32,000 nucleotides of DNA from Staphylothermus hellenicus DSM 12710 (GTDB lineage: Archaea > Thermoproteota > Thermoprotei_A > Sulfolobales > Desulfurococcaceae), in NCBI RefSeq assembly GCF_000092465.1, contig NC_014205.1, forward strand, positions 960,001 to 992,000, read 5' to 3'. The notes under the pieces are model-generated. The model was given only the letters and a program-made list of their open reading frames with translations. It made no database searches and was not told the origin of the DNA. The position numbers were made by a program, and so were the translations under genes. Positions 18,568 to 25,993 of this stretch are shown piece by piece (position 1 is the first letter of the stretch; each line of letters opens with the position of its first letter).

Positions 18568-19305
18568 ATGATACGTATAGATCCTCCTAGGTGTTCCGTA
18601 TTGGAAATATATGTTGGTACTTCAGGCTGGATGTATGATTGGAACGAACTAGGTAGTTTTGACTGGTATGTAAAGTATAGTGGGCTCAACGCTGTAGAGT
18701 TGAATGCTAGTTTCTACAGGTTTCCCTTTAGAAACCAAGTTCTTTCCTGGAGCCGTAAAGGCAGAAACCTTAGATGGAGCATTAAAGTTCATAGAAGTAT
18801 TACGCATTATAGAAGGCTCTCCGAATCAGCTCTCAGTATCTGGAAGAAATTCTATGATTTATTCTCTCCCCTAGATAAATATGTGGATTTCTATCTTTTC
18901 CAGATGCCACCAAACTTTGTATATAAAGATAGGAATATGGAGAAAATTAAGAAGTTTTATGAAGAATCTGGTCTTGAGGAAAGATTTGCATTAGAAATAA
19001 GGCATCCTTCATGGTTTAACGAATACTTTATAAATTGGTGTTCAAAGCTGGGACTCACCCTTGTCTCCATAGATGCACCTATTGGAACATGGATCGTTAA
19101 TACTAATGGAATAATCTATCTTAGAATACATGGTAAGAAATACTGGTATGCATACGATTACAGCTGGGAAGAATTAGAAGAGCTTGTTGAGAAAATGACC
19201 AGGTTAAAACCATATAAAATATATGTATTCTTCAACAATGATCATTGGATGCTAAGTAATGCTAGATTAATGAAGCAAATACTCGAAAAACAAATACGGA
19301 GATAA
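18568..19305 (+). CDS. DUF72 (YecE/UPF0759) family protein
   Basis: YVGTSGWMYDWN...LNAVELNASFYRFP...WSIKVHRSITH...YLFQMPPNF matches the DUF72 signature pattern. Confidence 0.8.
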   Translation: MIRIDPPRCSVLEIYVGTSGWMYDWNELGSFDWYVKYSGLNAVELNASFYRFPFRNQVLSWSRKGRNLRWSIKVHRSITHYRRLSESALSIWKKFYDLFSPLDKYVDFYLFQMPPNFVYKDRNMEKIKKFYEESGLEERFALEIRHPSWFNEYFINWCSKLGLTLVSIDAPIGTWIVNTNGIIYLRIHGKKYWYAYDYSWEELEELVEKMTRLKPYKIYVFFNNDHWMLSNARLMKQILEKQIRR

Positions 19306-19324
19306 CTCATGGTGTATAGATAAC

Positions 19325-20359
19325 TTGGTAAAACACCAACGTATACCATCCATTGATAATATTCTTAGAGATATATACATTGAACCAAGTATTGTTTCTA
19401 GAAAACTTGCAAGTAAATACAGGTACTTACCATATATGATCGAGAGATATATTAAGATCCTTGGAATCAATGAAACAATAGATCTTCTAAACACGTTCGA
19501 GAAACCTTTGAAACCGGTAGTAAGAACCAATACGTTACTAATAGATGAGGATACATTATATGAGAGACTCAACCAATTAGGGTTTAAACTTGAAAGAATA
19601 AATTGGAGCAGAGAGTCTTTTAGAGTAGCGTCAGCTCCTAAATCGCCAAGCATAGGTGCTACACACGAGTATTTAAAGGGATACTATTATGTTCACCGAG
19701 ACTCAGCTAGTCTCGTACCAGTAAAGTTGTTAATGCATGAGTTTGAGGGAGATGTTCTAGATGCATGCGCTGCTCCTGGAGGAAAAGCCACGTATATAGC
19801 ACAAATACTTAATAACAAGTATGAAGTCCTTGCAAATGATCTAGTACTTTATCGTTTAAAAGCATTAATTGGACATGTTGCTAGAATGAGAATAAAAGAC
19901 ATAGTTGTTACATGGTCTGATGCAAGAAAACTACCGATCCTTATTGATAAACGATATGGTAGAGTACTACTTGATGTTCCATGTAGTGGAGAAGGAACAA
20001 TAATGTTTGATCAAGGACGTAAAACTAGGACTTCCCTGAAAGACTTAGCGAGAATAGCTAGGAGAGAAACCGAGATCTTATTATCAGGAATAGATATGCT
20101 CGAGGAAAACGGTATCCTAGCATATGTTACCTGTAGCATAGCGCCTGAGGAAAACGAATATGTTGTTGCAAAAGTATTAGAGATGAGAGACGATGTTGAA
20201 ATCGTTAAGCCACCCCTGAAATTGTTTGATTGGAGTCCTTGGCTTAAAAGTTATCTAGGAATGGATTTCCCTGACGAGTTTAGGTATTGTATTAGGATTT
20301 GGCCACATATTCATGGTATGATAGGTTTAACTACGTGCTTATTAAGGAGGATTAAATAA
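19325..20359 (+). CDS. NOL1/NOP2/Sun-family RNA cytosine-C5 methyltransferase
   Basis: SAM motif DACAAPGGKATYIAQ. Catalytic Cys motifs are LLDVPCSGEGT and YVTCSIAPEENE. Confidence 0.88.
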   Translation: MVKHQRIPSIDNILRDIYIEPSIVSRKLASKYRYLPYMIERYIKILGINETIDLLNTFEKPLKPVVRTNTLLIDEDTLYERLNQLGFKLERINWSRESFRVASAPKSPSIGATHEYLKGYYYVHRDSASLVPVKLLMHEFEGDVLDACAAPGGKATYIAQILNNKYEVLANDLVLYRLKALIGHVARMRIKDIVVTWSDARKLPILIDKRYGRVLLDVPCSGEGTIMFDQGRKTRTSLKDLARIARRETEILLSGIDMLEENGILAYVTCSIAPEENEYVVAKVLEMRDDVEIVKPPLKLFDWSPWLKSYLGMDFPDEFRYCIRIWPHIHGMIGLTTCLLRRIK

Positions 20360-20874
20360 TGAGTAATAAGCATAAATTGAGAATTTCACTTGGTAAGCTT
20401 AGCAAAAAATACAAAGACTCATTGTTTTCTTATGTAAAAAACGTTTTAGAAGCAGATCCTGTAAAGTATCTAGGCCATGATCTTTACTATGTTTGTCTAA
20501 ATACGAACTGCTTCATTAGTAATGGCGCAGGCAAATACCATAAGCTCACAATGCTTTACAAAGGAGTCTGGATAGGAGTAATAATAAATAATAAACCGTA
20601 TTTATCGCCGGAAATATACGAGGAAATATATCGTGATATTAGGACTTATCGAGCAGCAATAATTGTTGGTGAAAAAGGTGTTAAAAACTTTCTATATGGA
20701 AACGATATCTTAGAGCAGAGTATTATTGCGGAGTATCAACCGCTCGATCAACCAGTTGCAGTAATCGATCACTTAGATGGAAAGGTCATCGGGGTGGCTG
20801 AGAGAGTTGTTGGTCGTGGAAAAATTTATCAAAACATATATGATCTAGGGTTTTTCCTCAGACTCTGGGGATAA
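20359..20874 (+). CDS. Nip7-like PUA-domain RNA-binding protein (UPF0113)
   Basis: The C-terminal PUA-like block is GEKGVKNFLYGNDILEQSI...PVAVIDHLDGKVIGVAERV...IYQNIYDLGFFLR. Size is 171 aa. The ATG overlaps the upstream TAA (ATAATG). Confidence 0.7.
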   Translation: MSNKHKLRISLGKLSKKYKDSLFSYVKNVLEADPVKYLGHDLYYVCLNTNCFISNGAGKYHKLTMLYKGVWIGVIINNKPYLSPEIYEEIYRDIRTYRAAIIVGEKGVKNFLYGNDILEQSIIAEYQPLDQPVAVIDHLDGKVIGVAERVVGRGKIYQNIYDLGFFLRLWG

Positions 20875-20912
20875 AACCTATATGGTCCTAAACAAATTGC
20901 TGTATTAATTAT

Positions 20913-22100
20913 TTATTTTGTCGCCATCCTCTTCCATAAACTAGTTAATAATATAGGTGTTACAATACTAGTAACATATATTACGAATATTGTTGCAGCA
21001 ATCATTGAATCAGTAACCACACCATATCCTTTCCCAAGAGCCGATACTACGAGTGCGACTTCAGCTCTAGGCAGCATTCCAACACCAATGAATAATGAGC
21101 TTTTCCAGTCAAGTTTATCGAGCTTAGCAGCTAATCCACATCCTAGAATCTTGCCGGCGAATGCGGCTACTAATACTATGCCTATGAAGCCTAAATATTC
21201 TATATGAGTAACATATGGTTTAATATCTATTGATGCGGCAGATAATACGAAGAATATAGATGCAAATATATTAGGTATCAAACTAAATCTACGCATAACA
21301 TTCTCAACACCTTTAACCTCGCTGAAGGCTAAACCTACAAGGTACGCGCCGACAACAAGGCTTAAATTAACTTCTACAGTGGCCCATGCAATAATAAGGG
21401 TTAATCCCAGCAGGAAAGCGATGATTGAATCTTCTAAACGACTTATATGTCTCATCAACCCCCAGATAAACCTAGAACTTTTATGGAGCAAGAATAACGT
21501 AATAATATAGAATGATATTGCAATAATAGCTGTTAAAAATAATTCCTCTATCATTGCAGTTCCGGTTGTTACCGTGGCTTTTGCTAAGCCAAAAACTATT
21601 AATCCACCAACATCGTCAAGAACAGCTGCACCTAGAATTACTGTAAAATACATTGTTCCAAGTGCTCCAACATCTGTCAATGTCTTAACAGTTAGACCGA
21701 CACTAGTGGCCGTTAGTATTGTTCCCAGAAAAATGCTTTGAGCACTGTTTAGCCCGGCTAAAATGCCTGCAAGATAACCTAGTATGAAAGAACCAATGAT
21801 ACCGCCAGCTGCGACTAGTAAACTACTCCTTATACTTCTCATGAACTGCGTAAACTTGGTTTCTAGTCCTGCCAGGAATAATAGGCTTATAATCCCTATC
21901 CATTTTATAACATCTAAGTAATCAATAATTTCCGGAGTTATTAAGCCGAGAACTGAGGGGCCCAGTATAATACCTGCTAAAATATCTCCTAAAATAGGGG
22001 GATAACCATAATAACTAATTAGCTCTTCCAAGAGCTTTGCAACAATAATAATAATGGATAATATTAGTAATAATTCTGCTGCATCAGCTTCAGCTATCAC
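20913..22100 (-). CDS. cation:proton antiporter (CPA2/Kef/NapA-like), membrane domain only
   Basis: About 11-13 TM segments. The N-terminus is LLEELISYYGYPPILGDILAGIILGPSVLG. No C-terminal KTN/RCK domain. Confidence 0.85.
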   Translation of the reverse strand: MIAEADAAELLLILSIIIIVAKLLEELISYYGYPPILGDILAGIILGPSVLGLITPEIIDYLDVIKWIGIISLLFLAGLETKFTQFMRSIRSSLLVAAGGIIGSFILGYLAGILAGLNSAQSIFLGTILTATSVGLTVKTLTDVGALGTMYFTVILGAAVLDDVGGLIVFGLAKATVTTGTAMIEELFLTAIIAISFYIITLFLLHKSSRFIWGLMRHISRLEDSIIAFLLGLTLIIAWATVEVNLSLVVGAYLVGLAFSEVKGVENVMRRFSLIPNIFASIFFVLSAASIDIKPYVTHIEYLGFIGIVLVAAFAGKILGCGLAAKLDKLDWKSSLFIGVGMLPRAEVALVVSALGKGYGVVTDSMIAATIFVIYVTSIVTPILLTSLWKRMATK

Positions 22101-22106
22101 TTTTCC

Positions 22107-22691
22107 TCATCTTAGCCATTGTTTTTCAATATTACCTATAATATTATCGATGTCTATAAGAATAATATCTTTTTGTCCAAGTAGTTTATCGGTAAAGATT
22201 ATTCTTTTCCACCTATTAGATCTTGTGATCTCCTCTATGATCTTTATTATCATGAAAACTTTAACAGCAATTTTATATTCGTTCCTAAATATCTTGCTTG
22301 GATCACTATTCCTTATTTTCTCAATATGTCTAGTAATCCATGGACATGCACCGCTTACTCTTAATGTATTATCATCAATACCTATTATTAATGGGAACAT
22401 TTTACAGGAATATGGTTTCTTATCATGTATTATGCATAAACCTTTCTCTGATAGAAATGGGCATTTTCCATTAATTATCCATCGATAAAATACAACTGTA
22501 TATCTGTTATTATTTATTTTATAGCCCATATAGGGTTTAAATACCAATTTCTTACCTTGTCTTTCACCTATTTCAAGAAGAATTCTTCTTTCCCAAGGAA
22601 AAACAAGGGGGCAATCATTTATATGTTGAAAATTACAGCATATATCCCCACATAACATACACTTAAATTCCAGCATCTCCTTATACCTCAA
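22107..22691 (-). CDS. YkgJ-family Cys-cluster protein (CxxCxxCC, UPF0153/COG0727)
   Basis: N-terminal CMLCGDICC plus CPFLSEKGLCIIHDKKPYSCKMFP, characteristic of the putative Zn/Fe-chelating domain. Confidence 0.7.
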   Translation of the reverse strand: MRYKEMLEFKCMLCGDICCNFQHINDCPLVFPWERRILLEIGERQGKKLVFKPYMGYKINNNRYTVVFYRWIINGKCPFLSEKGLCIIHDKKPYSCKMFPLIIGIDDNTLRVSGACPWITRHIEKIRNSDPSKIFRNEYKIAVKVFMIIKIIEEITRSNRWKRIIFTDKLLGQKDIILIDIDNIIGNIEKQWLR

Positions 22692-23411
22692 TTATAAGCT
22701 TAGCTGTGTATATAGTCTGAGTAGATCCGATACGTCAAATTGTTTTGGTAATCTAATATAGAATTTAGATATGAGTTCTGTGTAATAATTTATTATTTGC
22801 TCACTAACTATTCGAACCAAATCCTCAGGGATATTATTATGATACAAAGAATCCAGCAATCCCATAGCTGGGTAATATATTGATTTAAGCATGTTTTCAG
22901 CAAGATTAAAAGCATCAATAATTAATGTTTTCCCCTTACACTTTATTGCAAGCGATAAATAGCCTGCTTTATACAGTAGCATTTTATTTGTAGAGACAAA
23001 ACATATCTTGTCTTTCTTCATCCAGCACTTATATTCTTTTTTCAGCATATCTTTCCATTTCTTCTTTAGAAATTCGTTCCCGATCCTCTCAAAGATTTTC
23101 CTAAAATTCTTGTATTTAGTTATAAATAACCCGTTTAACTCACTATATATAGGCCTATATATTCCTAGATCCCAGCTACTCAGCTTCTCAATGCTTGCAT
23201 GATCTACTCTATAAATGTAACCTACTATGTATCTTTCAGATTTATTTTCTAGCTCCATAATTATATTGGAGAAACCATATATTGTCTCTATATTTGGTAA
23301 CAGTTTTTCCCTAGATAGTATATTAAATATCCTAGCCGTATTATTGCCAACATAATATGGAATACGCCCTAAACATGCGAGGAAATCGCCTAATACACTA
23401 TCCATTTTCAC
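22692..23411 (-). CDS. hypothetical protein (239 aa), directly abutting the YkgJ-like gene
   Basis: Long ORF with an ATG start. Its stop codon is immediately adjacent to the next ATG (22691). No motif recognised. Confidence 0.6.
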   Translation of the reverse strand: MKMDSVLGDFLACLGRIPYYVGNNTARIFNILSREKLLPNIETIYGFSNIIMELENKSERYIVGYIYRVDHASIEKLSSWDLGIYRPIYSELNGLFITKYKNFRKIFERIGNEFLKKKWKDMLKKEYKCWMKKDKICFVSTNKMLLYKAGYLSLAIKCKGKTLIIDAFNLAENMLKSIYYPAMGLLDSLYHNNIPEDLVRIVSEQIINYYTELISKFYIRLPKQFDVSDLLRLYTQLSL

Positions 23412-23458
23412 ACCTAGTTAATAAACAATATTAGGATATAAGTTATAAATGATTGTGT

Positions 23459-23531
23459 AGAGGCGGAGCCCTCGCCCGCCAGAGGCTCCCGTTGTAGGGA
23501 GAGCTATGATGGCGGGTTCCGTCGGGCGGCA
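23459..23531. ncRNA. G+C-rich structured element (candidate small RNA or 5' leader), family unknown
   Basis: About 69% G+C by hand count (51 of 74 nt), with AT-rich flanks. Helices: GGAGCC 23465-70 with GGCTCC 23484-89; CTCCC 23486-90 with GGGAG 23497-501 (mutually exclusive with the first); CCCGCC 23475-80 with GGCGGG 23511-16. TATA-like boxes lie on both sides. Confidence 0.4.
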
Positions 23532-23554
23532 TATATCTTTCAATTGTTGCTGAA

Positions 23555-24103
23555 TTGGTGGGCCTATTGCCTAGGAGATACCGTGTTGAAACATATAGTG
23601 GAGACATGATAGTTGCTGAAATAATCGATAATGGTAAACAAGAAGTCATAGTTAAGTTGCCGGGTTTGAAGGGAGAGATAAAGGCTAGAATAAAGAAGAT
23701 AGTTGATGAAAACACTATTCTTGTAGAAATAAATGATAAAATATATAGAGTATATATGAGTGGGGATGGGATCCTAATAAACGATGAAGTATCTCTAATC
23801 AATAAAATAATTGAATTAATACCTATTGGGCTAAAATCAAGCTATTCAGAGAAAAAGATAACCACTATTATTAGGAAAGGAGAGATAAGAGCCCCATTAT
23901 CAGGTAAAATCATTGATATAAAAGTTAAACCCGGAGATAAAGTATCATTTGGAGACGTTGTAGCTTTAATGGAGTCTATGAAAATGGTTACCGAGATCAA
24001 AAGTGACGTAGACGGTATAGTAGAGGAGGTACTTATAGAAAAGGGTAAAGCTGTAAATAAAGGTACATTGATTATGCGTATAAAACCATTAGAGAAGAAG
24101 TGA
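23555..24103 (+). CDS. biotin carboxyl carrier protein / biotinyl-domain subunit
   Basis: The C-terminal biotinyl domain is IRAPLSGKIIDIKVKPGDKVSFGDVVALMESMKMVTEIKSDVDGIV, with the MKM biotinylation motif. The start is uncertain (TTG 23555, GTG 23558 or ATG 23606). Confidence 0.8.
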   Translation: MVGLLPRRYRVETYSGDMIVAEIIDNGKQEVIVKLPGLKGEIKARIKKIVDENTILVEINDKIYRVYMSGDGILINDEVSLINKIIELIPIGLKSSYSEKKITTIIRKGEIRAPLSGKIIDIKVKPGDKVSFGDVVALMESMKMVTEIKSDVDGIVEEVLIEKGKAVNKGTLIMRIKPLEKK

Positions 24104-24230
24104 ACTGCTCCCTGCGTAAGCGGGGAGTTTCTCCCGTTCCACCCGCCTTCACGGCATGGGGGTTTCATCTGGGAGTTTTGGGGGGTTCACGGCTCCCCTA
24201 TCCCATGCCTCCCATTAAGGCATGGGCTAT
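24104..24230. ncRNA. G+C-rich structured element between convergent genes, family unknown
   Basis: Helices: GGCATGGG 24153-60 with CCCATGCC 24202-09, enclosing GGGAG 24171-75 with CTCCC 24193-97. An alternative pairs CCCATGCC with a second GGCATGGG at 24219-26. CTCCC 24108-12 or CTCCC 24131-35 can each pair with GGGAG 24123-27. One G:U extension favours the + strand weakly. Confidence 0.45.
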
Positions 24231-24345
24231 ATTGATTATATCATCCAAATTTCTATACGGGAACATCCCGAAAAACATTAGTTTACCAGTATATTTAAAC
24301 CTTACGGAAAGGGGTCTTACAAGCGACGGGAAGATAAAACATATG

Positions 24346-25911
24346 TTATAACGGTATGTTTCCATGCTTCCTAGGCACTATATGAAGCATTTCCTCCTTC
24401 TTGGTCTTCAATACTTCTAGTGCTTTATAGATTTTTAACCGTGTTAGTGCCGGATCAATAATGTCATCAACATATCCTAGCTCAGCTGCTCTATATGGAT
24501 TAGCAAATATTTTTCTATATTCAACAAGTTTTTCTTCTAGATATTCTTTGGGATTAGGTTGTTTAGCGGCTTCTTTCCTATAAAGTATTCGTACAGCTCC
24601 CTCTGGACCCATAACAGCTATCTCTGCTGTTGGCCAAGCATATACTATGTCTGCGCCAAGAGACTTACTGCCCATAGCTATGTATGCACCTCCATATGCT
24701 TTTCTCATTATTACTGTGATAATGGGGACTGTTGCTTCTGAATATGCATATAGGATCTTGGCTCCATGCTTTATTATCCCTCCATGTTCCTGGTCTATTC
24801 CAGGCATGAATCCTGGAGTGTCAACAAATGTTATTATTGGGATATTGAATGAGTCGCAGAACCTTACAAATCTAGCAATTTTATTAGAGGCATCTATATC
24901 TATAACCCCAGCATTAACCATTGGTTGATTAGCAACTATCCCCACAGTGAACCCACCTATTCTCCCAAACCCCACGACAGCTGAGCGAGCATAGTCTCTA
25001 TGAACCTCTAAGAAGTCGCCATCATCTAGAATTCTCGTAATAACTTCTCTTACATCGAATGGTTTCATAGGATCCGTTGGCACTATTTCGTATAGTTCAT
25101 CTGTTCTCCTATCGATAGGATCGCTTGTTTTAACATATGGGGGATCTTCGTCGAAGCTATTTGGCAGATAAGACAACAACTTCCTAGTAAGCTGGAAAGC
25201 ATTATCTTCATCATCGGTTACAAAATGAGCAACACCACTTGTAGCGGAGTGTATATGTGCTCCTCCGAGTTCCGTAAATGTTGTTTCTACACCTGTTGCC
25301 GCTTTAACAACCTCCGGACCAGTGATGAACATGAATGCATTCCTAACCATTATTATGAAATCCGTTAATCCTGGACTATAAGATGCTGCTCCAGCACATG
25401 GTCCAAGTATTAAGCTTATTTGTGGAATAACTCCACTAGCTTTAACGTTCGCTGCAAATATTCGTCCACTACCATGTAGTGATGCTACACCCTCCTGTAT
25501 CCTTGCCCCTCCAGAATCATATAATCCGATCACGGGTGCTCCTGTTTCAATAGCCATATTAATTGTTCTAACAATCTTATCCGCGTGTGACTCACCAATA
25601 CTTCCCCCCATTACTGAGAAATCCTGTGCATAAATATATACTAGTCTCCCATCTATTCTGCCATAGCCAGTGACTACGCCGTCTCCATAATATTTGATCT
25701 TATCTAGTCCGAAATATGTGGAACGATGTACTCTCATCCATTGAAGCTCCTCAAAAGATCCTGGATCAAGAAGCCTCTGTATCCTGTCTCTAACCCATAA
25801 CTTCCCTTTTTTCCTCTGTTTTTCTATCTTCTCCGTTCCTCCGCCAAGTATTGATTTCTCACGGTATTTCTTGACTTCTTCAATTAGGTCTCTGATATCT
25901 TTTTTATTCAA
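24346..25911 (-). CDS. acyl-CoA carboxyltransferase subunit (propionyl-CoA carboxylase beta / methylmalonyl-CoA decarboxylase alpha family)
   Basis: 521 aa. Motifs include GKLWVRDRIQRLLDPGSF, DFSVMGGSIGE, PVIGLYDSGGARIQEG, ISLILGPCAGAASYSP and RKAYGGAYIAMG. Confidence 0.92.
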   Translation of the reverse strand: MNKKDIRDLIEEVKKYREKSILGGGTEKIEKQRKKGKLWVRDRIQRLLDPGSFEELQWMRVHRSTYFGLDKIKYYGDGVVTGYGRIDGRLVYIYAQDFSVMGGSIGESHADKIVRTINMAIETGAPVIGLYDSGGARIQEGVASLHGSGRIFAANVKASGVIPQISLILGPCAGAASYSPGLTDFIIMVRNAFMFITGPEVVKAATGVETTFTELGGAHIHSATSGVAHFVTDDEDNAFQLTRKLLSYLPNSFDEDPPYVKTSDPIDRRTDELYEIVPTDPMKPFDVREVITRILDDGDFLEVHRDYARSAVVGFGRIGGFTVGIVANQPMVNAGVIDIDASNKIARFVRFCDSFNIPIITFVDTPGFMPGIDQEHGGIIKHGAKILYAYSEATVPIITVIMRKAYGGAYIAMGSKSLGADIVYAWPTAEIAVMGPEGAVRILYRKEAAKQPNPKEYLEEKLVEYRKIFANPYRAAELGYVDDIIDPALTRLKIYKALEVLKTKKEEMLHIVPRKHGNIPL

Positions 25912-25993
25912 TTCCTGATAACACCTTATGAAGTATAAATGATTAAGGAATATCTGTTAATTATTGGGTTGTTATTATTAATAAAAATAATTA

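Noticed and set aside
24153-24230. An H/ACA guide RNA (lower stem, internal loop, upper stem).
   Set aside because: No ACA/ANA box follows the lower stem on either strand, and the internal loop is very asymmetric (10 nt versus 4 nt). No convincing K-turn or K-loop is present in the apical region.
23443-24351. ORF-track entries 23443-23802(-) and 24100-24351(+), which translate the G+C-rich islands.
   Set aside because: The translations are Pro/Gly/Arg/Ser-rich, unlike the Ile/Lys/Glu-rich proteome here. They overlap the well-supported BCCP gene or structured RNA-like sequence, and they lack credible starts.
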